Source of the DNA: Candidatus Pacearchaeota archaeon
GTDB lineage: Archaea; Nanobdellota; Nanobdellia; Pacearchaeales; GW2011-AR1
Direction: 5' to 3'
Assembly: GCA_018303825.1 (NCBI GenBank)
Contig: JAGVXK010000018.1
Span: 1-64,000, forward strand
Length of the DNA: 64,000 bases
Shown here one piece after another: positions 9,431 through 17,056 of the stretch. Position 1 is the first letter of the stretch. Every line of letters starts with the position of its first letter. Below the pieces are notes generated by a model, which was not told the DNA's origin, ran no database searches, and saw nothing but the letters and a program-made list of their open reading frames with translations. A program made the translations under genes and the position numbers.

Positions 9431-9736
9431 ATGTTAAAGATAAAAAAGATTAGCGAGGTTTTGGGAAAGCAAGTTTACACAAGCGAGGGCGATTTTCTTG
9501 GTGTTGTCGAAGAAGTCAATTTAGTTGATAACAAAATCGATGGATGGAGAATTAGAGTTGGATCTGGATTCATGGGAAGCATAGGCGGGGCAAGAGGAGT
9601 TATAATTCCCCATCAATTTGTTAAGTCTATAGGAGATGTTTTTGTGGTTAATTCTGCTGCCTTTAGGGGCGTTGGAGTGAAAGATGAAATGCCCGTGGAT
9701 GTTTCCTCTTCCAGCGATACAGACGATTTGATTTAA
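9431..9736 (+). CDS. PRC-barrel domain protein (CdpB-like)
   Basis: ISEVLGKQVYT.EG.FLG.VEEV and IIP...VKSIGDVFVV match archaeal stand-alone PRC barrels. Confidence 0.85.
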   Translation: MLKIKKISEVLGKQVYTSEGDFLGVVEEVNLVDNKIDGWRIRVGSGFMGSIGGARGVIIPHQFVKSIGDVFVVNSAAFRGVGVKDEMPVDVSSSSDTDDLI

Positions 9737-9877
9737 GATTTTTTATTATAATTTCTATAAGGCAATAAGTTAATTTATAACGCTATTATTTTTTGTTGCA
9801 ATGGGATTGCTTAATCAGGATAGTGTCAATAAAATATGAGAGGTTTAAATAAGCCTTTATAAGGGCTTTTGGGAAGT

Positions 9878-9886
9878 GCTATCGCA
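9878..9886 (+). repeat. 9-bp target-site duplication, left copy (GCTATCGCA)
   Basis: Identical 9-mer at 13378-13386; each abuts an inverted repeat. Confidence 0.9.
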
Positions 9887-9988
9887 TGTATTGTTGCGTC
9901 TTAGGGTGTTATCAACAATAAGAAGAAATTTAAACTATAAACGTGGAAAGGAAAACTATAAAATTGGTTGATTCTTATAAAATCTAAC

Positions 9989-10627
9989 ATGGAATATATT
10001 AAACCTGAATTTGAAAAAGAAGATTTCCATTGTCCTTTTTGTGGAGTTCATACTCACCAAATTTGGGGAGATATTTTAGAAAATGCGAGTATTGACGGTA
10101 GTGGTTGGCACCACATGCCTAATTTTAAAGGCGCCTTGTGCAATAAGTGTAAAGAAATCTCTATCTGGAAGAGCGGTAAATTAATTTACCCAGACAATCC
10201 AAACATATCTCCGCCAAATGAAGACTTAGAAGAAGATATAAAGTTAGATTATAATGAAGCTGCGAGCATTGTTGAAAAATCTCCAAGAGCCGCAGCAGCT
10301 CTATTAAGATTGGCTATAGAAAAGTTATGCAAACAACAGCTTGGAGAAAAAGGAAAAGACCTTGATGAGTGTATAGGCAGTCTAGTAAAAAAAGGTTTGC
10401 CTGTAAAGATTAAAGAAGCATTAGATGTTGTAAGAGTAATAGGAAACGAATCTGTTCATCCAGGAGAAATTAATCTTAATGATAATAAAGATGTGGCACA
10501 TAAACTATTTGAGTTAGTTAATATTATTGCACAAGACAGGATAACACAACCAAAAGAAGTTTCAAAGTTATATAATTCATTGCCTCAGGATAAACTTGAT
10601 GGGATTAATAATAGAGATAAAAAGTAA
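9989..10627 (+). CDS. DUF4145 domain protein with N-terminal Zn ribbon
   Basis: CPFC..CNKC, then Y.EA......SPRAAAALLRLAIE.L and ALDVVRVIGN.SVH.G.I; ATG 9989. Confidence 0.8.
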   Translation: MEYIKPEFEKEDFHCPFCGVHTHQIWGDILENASIDGSGWHHMPNFKGALCNKCKEISIWKSGKLIYPDNPNISPPNEDLEEDIKLDYNEAASIVEKSPRAAAALLRLAIEKLCKQQLGEKGKDLDECIGSLVKKGLPVKIKEALDVVRVIGNESVHPGEINLNDNKDVAHKLFELVNIIAQDRITQPKEVSKLYNSLPQDKLDGINNRDKK

Positions 10628-10637
10628 TTTATCATTC

Positions 10638-11516
10638 TTAAAGTTTAGACAATCTAATTAATCCAATCCATTTATTTACTCCTAAATCTAAGAACGGAAT
10701 GGCTTCTTCTTGAGGAGTTTTATTATCTATTTCCTGATGTTTTCTAACATAGTTATAGTAGATTTCCATACCCTTCATTATCATCTTGGCAGAATATAAA
10801 GAACCATGAAAGCCACGCATTATTTTAGTTCTATCTCTTATCGTGTTGTGCAACCTTTCTATCTTGTGGTTAAATCCTCTTTCGTCTGCTTTCACTCTGT
10901 TATGAATAGGCCTTTCTCCATTTTTGAATTTATTATTAACTCCAAAAGAATATCGTAATGCTTTAGGATAAGAAAGTAAACAATCTGTTGTGATAACCTT
11001 TACAGGTTTAGTTATTATCTTTCTTCTATGCTTCAGTATTCTTGTTATATCATCTAAAGTTCTGCTTTGAATAAATTCAGAACTTACAATAAATCTTGTA
11101 GAAGTGTCCATTACATCAACAAACCAATTTTGCCTTCCAAGACGCTTATACTCCATTTCATCACTCATTAACTCTTGTCCATTCTCAACTTGTAAGTTAT
11201 CAGTTAATCTGCTCATCATTTGAGAATACTTTACAAGCCATCTGTAAATAGTAGAATAATGACAGTTCTTAGGATAGAACATTTTAAGATGTGCCTGTAT
11301 TTTTCTTAAAGACATTCCAGAATAATACATGTCTATTGAAGCTGTAACCTTATGCTCTGTGTTTTTCATCTTCCAGAAACCATCATCTATAGAAAATCTA
11401 TTCTTGCAATTAGCGCACTTATATCTTTGAACATTACCTCTGTTTTTTGTTTCTCTAACTCCATCTTTCTTAATGCTTTTTCCGTTACATTTTTGGCAGA
11501 TTATTTCTTGTCTCAT
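10638..11516 (-). CDS. DDE transposase, archaeal IS6-like, with N-terminal Zn ribbon/HTH
   Basis: CxxC..RYKCxxC, SDEM, VMD..TRF, TDCL.SY, NHKIERLHNTIRDR, YYNY.R.H, KTP.E. Confidence 0.88.
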   Translation of the reverse strand: MRQEIICQKCNGKSIKKDGVRETKNRGNVQRYKCANCKNRFSIDDGFWKMKNTEHKVTASIDMYYSGMSLRKIQAHLKMFYPKNCHYSTIYRWLVKYSQMMSRLTDNLQVENGQELMSDEMEYKRLGRQNWFVDVMDTSTRFIVSSEFIQSRTLDDITRILKHRRKIITKPVKVITTDCLLSYPKALRYSFGVNNKFKNGERPIHNRVKADERGFNHKIERLHNTIRDRTKIMRGFHGSLYSAKMIMKGMEIYYNYVRKHQEIDNKTPQEEAIPFLDLGVNKWIGLIRLSKL

Positions 11517-11633
11517 CTTATTATTACTCTTATAAGTTATACTTAACTAAGTAAGTAGAAGTGTATAAACCTTTCGGTAGTAGAGTATAACCTAAATCGG
11601 TAAGTTTAAATACTTTAATAATATTAATTAATC

Positions 11634-11786
11634 ATGGCGGAAATAACCATACAAATAAAGGGGTATAAATGCGAGAGGTGTGAGCATGAGTGGGTTCCGA
11701 GAGCAAAAGAGTATCCTACTATCTGCCCCTCTTGTAAATCTCCCTATTGGGATAAATTAAGAAGAAACGAGAGAGGTAAACAATGA
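11634..11786 (+). CDS. 50-aa Zn-finger microprotein (not in ORF track)
   Basis: MAEITIQIKGYKCERCEHEWVPRAKEYPTICPSCKSPYWDKLRRNERGKQ*; upstream AAGTTTAAATA box; ATGA overlap with the MTase start. Confidence 0.8.
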   Translation: MAEITIQIKGYKCERCEHEWVPRAKEYPTICPSCKSPYWDKLRRNERGKQ

Positions 11787-12679
11787 CAAACGGAACACAA
11801 ACAAGCGATTTCGGAGTTTCGGCAAGAATAAATCATGATTCATCAAAATTTTATAATTCAAAGATGTATCAGAAAATAAATGGAAACAGTAATGGACAAA
11901 AAGAACACTTTGAAGAGGAAAAACAAATTTTGCAACAATTTTTAAATAAAATAATTTGTTCCTCAAGTGAAAATATGAAAGAATTACCCGATAACTCCGT
12001 TCATTTAATGATTACTTCTCCACCGTACAATGTAGGTAAAGAATATGACAAAGATTTAAGTTTAGAAGAATATCTAACTCTTCTAAGAAATGTTTTCAAA
12101 GATGTAAAGAGAGTTTTAGTAACTGGCGGTAGAGTTTGTATTAATGTTGCCAATTTAGGAAGGAAACCTTATCTACCGCTTCATTCAGCAATTATTCAAA
12201 TAATGACTGAATTAGGATTTTTAATGAGGGGAGAAATTATATGGAACAAGTCTGCGAGCGCTGGAACTTCAACAGCATGGGGAAGTTGGAAAAGTGCTAA
12301 AAATCCTACTCTTAGAGATGTTCATGAATATATCTTAGTTTTTTCCAAAGATAACTACTCAAGGCCAAATAAAAAGAAAGATAGTATTAGTAAAGAAGAA
12401 TTTATGGAATTCACTAAAAGTATCTGGACTTTTCCAGCTACATCTGCAAGAAAAATTGGGCATCCTGCACCATTTCCCGAAGAATTACCAAGAAGATTAA
12501 TAGAACTCTATTCATTCGAAGGCGATGTTATTCTTGACCCCTTTATTGGAAGTGGACAAACGGCAATAGCTTCTATAAAAACAAAAAGAAACTACGTTGG
12601 TTACGATATTGATAAGTCCTATTGTGAGCTAGCGGAAAAGAGAATAAAGGAAATAATAGAACAAACAAAATTAAGTTAG
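11783..12679 (+). CDS. Beta-class amino-DNA methyltransferase (probably N4-cytosine)
   Basis: Motif IV TSPPY precedes motif I DPFIGSGQT; HPAPFPEEL; convergent with the endonuclease. Confidence 0.92.
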   Translation: MTNGTQTSDFGVSARINHDSSKFYNSKMYQKINGNSNGQKEHFEEEKQILQQFLNKIICSSSENMKELPDNSVHLMITSPPYNVGKEYDKDLSLEEYLTLLRNVFKDVKRVLVTGGRVCINVANLGRKPYLPLHSAIIQIMTELGFLMRGEIIWNKSASAGTSTAWGSWKSAKNPTLRDVHEYILVFSKDNYSRPNKKKDSISKEEFMEFTKSIWTFPATSARKIGHPAPFPEELPRRLIELYSFEGDVILDPFIGSGQTAIASIKTKRNYVGYDIDKSYCELAEKRIKEIIEQTKLS

Positions 12680-12682
12680 AAA

Positions 12683-13315
12683 CTATTCTTTCCAGAAATC
12701 AATCCATCTTTTATAAACATTATAAGGAATATCTTGTTTAATCCAATTTATTTTTATCTTTAATGTTTTATGATGCTGTAACATCTTTTGTATGGATTCT
12801 TTGCTAAATTCAACACCTCTTGGATTTGTTCCTGCCTTTGGCATTTTAAGATATTTTTCTTTGCCTAATGAGTTAAATATCTCTTTTTGTACATTCAATG
12901 GGATAAAAAATAAGCTGTCTTTATTTTCTCCCCACCAAATTCTAATTAAGAGAATATCACATTTTGGAATATAGTTATCTATAAAATTCTTAGAACTTTC
13001 TGCATCAACCGTCCAAACAGCCTTAACTCCACCGTTTCCAGTTATAGTTTTTACAGACAAATTTTTACCAGCAACTATAACATCTGTTTCTGACTCAGTT
13101 ATAGGTATTTCAGTATTAACATTTGCCTCACCAAACTTATAGATTAATAACCCTCCAATTACTTTCTCTCTTAAAGAACCAACTTCCATACCTATCTTTC
13201 CAGCCCTAGAACTTTCAATTTCTGCGATTCTAAATAATCTGGGAAGTTTAGCTTGAATTTCAGAAACAGCAGTATTGTCTATAAATAACTCTTTAATATC
13301 TACAATTTTATTCAT
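12683..13315 (-). CDS. Type II restriction endonuclease, ThaI-family-like
   Basis: LPRLFRIAEIESSRAGKIGMEVGSLRE, PITESETDV, LSVKTITG recalled as the ThaI family; adjacent to an MTase. Confidence 0.75.
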   Translation of the reverse strand: MNKIVDIKELFIDNTAVSEIQAKLPRLFRIAEIESSRAGKIGMEVGSLREKVIGGLLIYKFGEANVNTEIPITESETDVIVAGKNLSVKTITGNGGVKAVWTVDAESSKNFIDNYIPKCDILLIRIWWGENKDSLFFIPLNVQKEIFNSLGKEKYLKMPKAGTNPRGVEFSKESIQKMLQHHKTLKIKINWIKQDIPYNVYKRWIDFWKE

Positions 13316-13377
13316 CCCAAAAACAAGAATAACTACTTTTTAATCCTTTTCAAAACACCCGAAGATGCAACAATACA

Positions 13378-13386
13378 GCTATCGCA
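13378..13386 (+). repeat. 9-bp target-site duplication, right copy
   Basis: GCTATCGCA directly after the right IR. Confidence 0.9.
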
Positions 13387-13399
13387 AAAGGTTTAAATA
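13387..13399 (+). promoter_or_regulatory. BRE/TATA promoter of the membrane-protein trio
   Basis: AAAGG-TTTAAATA; TATA centre is about 26 nt before ATG 13421, fitting a leaderless transcript. Confidence 0.65.
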
Positions 13400-13420
13400 A
13401 TATGGAGTTTGAAGGAAGAT

Positions 13421-13927
13421 ATGGCTACATTATTACAAAGTCCTTTTTTTGTTGAGATGGTATTGCCTTTCTTGCTTGTGTTCACAATTGTCTTTGCAGT
13501 ACTGCAGAAGTCTGAAATTCTCGGAAAGGGGAAGAAGCAGATAGACGCACTTGTTGCTCTTGCAATTGGCTTGATACTTGTTGCTTTTGGCAATTACGCC
13601 CAGATAATAGCGCAAATGAGCGCCTTTCTAGGTGTCGCATTGGTCATCATATTAGTGTTCCTTCTTTTGACTGGAATATTCTATGAGCCCGGAAAATTCG
13701 AATTGCATAAAGGAGTTAAATATACTGGAATGGGTCTTGCTGCCTTAGCAGTAATTATAGCTGTTCTGTATTATACAAATAGCTTGGGATTTATAATTGA
13801 TGCATTTAAAGGGGAAGGAAGCACATTATTAGTTAATGTGATATTTGTTGTCATAATCGTTGCGGCTGTTGCTGCCCTTATATGGGGTGGCGGAAAAGCC
13901 GAGGGTGGCAGCGGTGAGAAGAAGTAA
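13421..13927 (+). CDS. Membrane protein, paralog 1 of 3
   Basis: LPFLLVFTIVFAVLQKS..LG motif, about 5 TM; start moved to ATG 13421. Confidence 0.8.
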   Translation: MATLLQSPFFVEMVLPFLLVFTIVFAVLQKSEILGKGKKQIDALVALAIGLILVAFGNYAQIIAQMSAFLGVALVIILVFLLLTGIFYEPGKFELHKGVKYTGMGLAALAVIIAVLYYTNSLGFIIDAFKGEGSTLLVNVIFVVIIVAAVAALIWGGGKAEGGSGEKK

Positions 13928-14038
13928 TTAACTTGGTTATTCTGATAAATTCTGTTTTTTAATTGATTTATGGATTATTTTATTTATTGGTAAATATATT
14001 GACAAAATTATAGAAACATATTTAAATAAGGTTTTTAT

Positions 14039-14581
14039 ATGAATGATATGGCGATTACCAGCGTAGTAGATTTGCTCAATCAATGGGATAGAGTAGGGGC
14101 AGATTATGTTCTTACATTTTTGCTTGTTTTTGCAGTTGTTTTTGGCATTCTTACTGCGACAAATATTCTTGGGAAGAATAAGGGAGTTCATGTAATAATT
14201 GCTATGGTTATCGGCTTGATGTCCTTGAAGTTTGGAATGGCCACTGCCTTCTTTTCAGAAGTGTTTCCAAGAACGGCAGTTGCGATAGCAGTTATATTGG
14301 TAATTGTTATTTTGACTGCAGTTTTTGTTCCTAAAGAGCATTGGGGAGGGTGGGCGATAGGGCTTTATTCCCTTGGAGGAGTTGCATTTATTTTTGTAAT
14401 GTTTAATTCATTTTCAGCCTTAAGCTGGTTTGGTTCTAACTGGTGGGGGGATTGGGGAGGGCTTCTGATTGGTGCCCTATTGATAATTGGGGTTATTATT
14501 GCAGTTGCAGTTTCTGGGAATGAGAGCAATCCGAATGTGACGCCAAAGACTCCTTCCTTTGGTCCGCATTATGGCAGTTAA
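14039..14581 (+). CDS. Membrane protein, paralog 2 of 3
   Basis: LTFLLVFAVVFGILTAT.ILG motif, about 5 TM. Confidence 0.8.
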   Translation: MNDMAITSVVDLLNQWDRVGADYVLTFLLVFAVVFGILTATNILGKNKGVHVIIAMVIGLMSLKFGMATAFFSEVFPRTAVAIAVILVIVILTAVFVPKEHWGGWAIGLYSLGGVAFIFVMFNSFSALSWFGSNWWGDWGGLLIGALLIIGVIIAVAVSGNESNPNVTPKTPSFGPHYGS

Positions 14582-14588
14582 TTGAAAA

Positions 14589-15107
14589 ATGGTACAGGCA
14601 GATTTATCTTCAGTTGAATACATACTTCCTTTGCTTAGTTTTTTGCTTGTTTTTCTCGTCTGCTTGTTTTTGATTAAAAAAGCCAAGATGATAGAAAATT
14701 TATGGGTGGAAATTTTTGTTTCTTTCGCAATTGCTGCAATATTTGTTGCCGCTGCAGGACCGAGGAATTTAATTTTGACTGTTATTCCCTGGTTTGCAAT
14801 TTTAGTGATTGGGCTTTTTCTGGTGATGGCTATTGGCGGATTTATAGGGCAGAAAGATTTTCCCAGCAAGGGAATTGGAATAGCTTTCATTGTTCTTTTG
14901 GCTATTATATTTATCATAGCAGCATTATTCGTCTTTTCTAAATACATAGGACCATATATTCCCGGGAATACTGGTCTTTCGGGAAATCCTGGAAATCCTG
15001 CCTTGCTTGGGTTTTTCGGCTGGCTTTATTCTCCTGCAGTAATTGGGGCCATTCTTCTTATTGGAGTTAGCGCAGCTGCTGCCTGGGTTGTTACAAAGAA
15101 AGGTTAA
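14589..15107 (+). CDS. Membrane protein, paralog 3 of 3
   Basis: ILPLLSFLLVFLVCLFLIKK motif, about 5 TM. Confidence 0.8.
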   Translation: MVQADLSSVEYILPLLSFLLVFLVCLFLIKKAKMIENLWVEIFVSFAIAAIFVAAAGPRNLILTVIPWFAILVIGLFLVMAIGGFIGQKDFPSKGIGIAFIVLLAIIFIIAALFVFSKYIGPYIPGNTGLSGNPGNPALLGFFGWLYSPAVIGAILLIGVSAAAAWVVTKKG

Positions 15108-15265
15108 ACCTTTCTTGTTTTCTTTATTAATTTTTAAAAATATATTTTGAATATGTTGATGTTTGTGCATCGAGGTTACATAGATAATTAATGGTTTGGG
15201 TGAAGAAACGATTAGATATATTTATACAGATAAAGGTTTAAATTGATAAATAGTTAAAACATTAT

Positions 15266-15778
15266 ATGAGAAGAGTGATAAGGGCTGCTGAAGTTATTTT
15301 TATCATTATCTTATTTTTTCTTTTACTGATTTGGACTTTAAGGGTTGTTTTGCCAAGACAGGTAGATGATGTCAGTCCGGGAATTTATTGTGAAAAGGAG
15401 ATTATGGAAAAAAGCCGATATTTTTCAGTAATTCCCCTCTATAAAAATAAATCAATTGCAGATAATATTAGCTGGTGCAATGAGATTCTTGATTTAAATA
15501 AGACTCTGATTATGCATGGGGTTTATCATAGTTATAATGAACTTTTGGGAAATATGACTCTGGATGAAATAGAATTTGGAAAGGAAGAATTTAGGAAATG
15601 TTTTGGTTATTATCCTGAAATATTTGAGCCTCCGCAACTTGCGCTGTCAAAAGAAAATGCAAAGTTGTTGGAATCTTCCGGGTTGAGAATAAGGGCAGAG
15701 GGATTTAATTTATTTCATAAAGTTTATCATTGCAGTGATAGCGGGAAATACTCCAATTCTTTTGTAGACAGACTCTGA
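15266..15778 (+). CDS. DUF2334/polysaccharide-deacetylase-like protein with N-terminal TM
   Basis: VDDVSP, MHGVYH, FEPPQL motifs. Confidence 0.7.
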   Translation: MRRVIRAAEVIFIIILFFLLLIWTLRVVLPRQVDDVSPGIYCEKEIMEKSRYFSVIPLYKNKSIADNISWCNEILDLNKTLIMHGVYHSYNELLGNMTLDEIEFGKEEFRKCFGYYPEIFEPPQLALSKENAKLLESSGLRIRAEGFNLFHKVYHCSDSGKYSNSFVDRL

Positions 15779-15892
15779 TAATATCCAATAATCAGAAGAT
15801 TATTACCCAATATTCAATTAGCGCTAAAAATAATTCATGACATTATCGGTTTTAAGATATTAATTGATATGGTTTAGGGATGAAGTTGGAGA

Positions 15893-16477
15893 TTATTTGT
15901 GATGCTTGTCCAAAAGAGATTTAAATGACTTCTGGGTTTCAATGACTTCTTTCCTTATATCTTCCACATTTGTCACATATTCCCCAACTTTTTGCAATAC
16001 TGAAAGCTGTAGTCTATCCAGGATTTTTTCTATTCTTTTCATCCTTTCATCTAAGAAATCAATTTTTGCATCCACTATATTCTTAAAATCTATAACTTTC
16101 TCTAATTGATCTCTTATCTGAGCAAGTTTTTCAGTTACTACTTGCTCTGAGATTTCAGTTATTGTATCTGGGCTATATGAGGGATATTGTGCATAATCTT
16201 GTCCATATTGCTGATAATCCTGCTGAGCAGGCATTGATTGTGGTCCATATTGCTGATAATCTTGCTGAGCTTGGTCTTGATAAGGAATTGGTGCAGAGGG
16301 AATTTCTTCCGGTTGACCTTGGTTTACTATAGATTGCTGCATATTGCTATCTCCATTAGACTGCTCTATTGGCTCCCCAATTGCGGATTTTATCATTTCT
16401 TGCTCTTCCCTGCTTGTTTCGTCTGCCATTTTTCTTTTTTTATTTACTATTTTTCTATTTTGTTCTAAAGAGGTCAA
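15893..16477 (-). CDS. Coiled-coil protein with Gln/Tyr/Pro-rich low-complexity N-terminus
   Basis: Repeated QQDYQQYG units followed by a heptad region; divergent from the secretion ATPase. Confidence 0.75.
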   Translation of the reverse strand: MTSLEQNRKIVNKKRKMADETSREEQEMIKSAIGEPIEQSNGDSNMQQSIVNQGQPEEIPSAPIPYQDQAQQDYQQYGPQSMPAQQDYQQYGQDYAQYPSYSPDTITEISEQVVTEKLAQIRDQLEKVIDFKNIVDAKIDFLDERMKRIEKILDRLQLSVLQKVGEYVTNVEDIRKEVIETQKSFKSLLDKHHK

Positions 16478-16754
16478 ATTGCCTTTGCAATATCATTAGT
16501 TCCTCTTTTCTTGCCAAGTTCGACAGTTGTTCTGACATCTTTTGAAGGAAATCTTTTATTTTTGACATGTCTTCTTTCAATGCCATGACCTCTTTTTTTA
16601 TCTCTTGCACTCTGGAGAAATTTTTATCTCTTTCATCAACAAGAGCATTCCCTATTAGGAGCAGGCGGTCTTTTAATAGGTTTTGCTTTTCCTCAAAATC
16701 CTTAAGCCTGAATATAGTGTCCTGATAAGGGTCATATCCCTGCTGGTCGTCCAT
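16455..16754 (-). CDS. Small coiled-coil protein
   Basis: 99 aa helical heptads; overlaps the next gene on the same strand. Confidence 0.75.
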   Translation of the reverse strand: MDDQQGYDPYQDTIFRLKDFEEKQNLLKDRLLLIGNALVDERDKNFSRVQEIKKEVMALKEDMSKIKDFLQKMSEQLSNLARKEELMILQRQFDLFRTK

Positions 16755-16862
16755 GTCTATGGTAGTAAAAGGTAGTTTAAAATAGTTTTGTTACAAAACT
16801 ATTTAAGTTTAGATTAACTCTTTTTTTAATGGTTTTTACGTTAAAAGATTTTATGAAAAGGT

Positions 16863-17018
16863 ATGATGAGCATAGAGAAAGAATACAGAGAGAGCTTTAT
16901 AGAAAAGCCGATTTTGATGCTAATGGGGGAGGATGAATATTATGAGGATTTTGGAAGAGAGGTAGAAGAACATCCGATCCATTCTCCCGGCAAAAGATAT
17001 GGAATTAGGGCATCATAG
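16863..17018 (+). CDS. Possible 51-aa acidic microprotein (not in ORF track)
   Basis: MMSIEKEYRESFIEKPILMLMGEDEYYEDFGREVEEHPIHSPGKRYGIRAS*; fills the gap before the ATPase. Confidence 0.35.
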   Translation: MMSIEKEYRESFIEKPILMLMGEDEYYEDFGREVEEHPIHSPGKRYGIRAS

Positions 17019-17056
17019 AAACTTATTTAACTCGAGGTATATAGTTGTTCTTGAAA

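Larger units (their letters stand above)
9887..13377. mobile_element. IS6-like cargo transposon, 3,491 bp, with transposase, RM pair, DUF4145 and Zn-finger genes
   Basis: Left IR TGTATTGTTGCGTCTTAGGGTGTT (9887-9910) matches the reverse complement of right IR AACACCCGAAGATGCAACAATACA (13354-13377) at 22/24; 9-bp flanking direct repeat; internal DDE transposase. Confidence 0.88.

Noticed and set aside
11783-13315. Depletion of CGCG as proof of RM specificity
   Set aside because: About a dozen CGCG sites are visible and no expected count could be computed.
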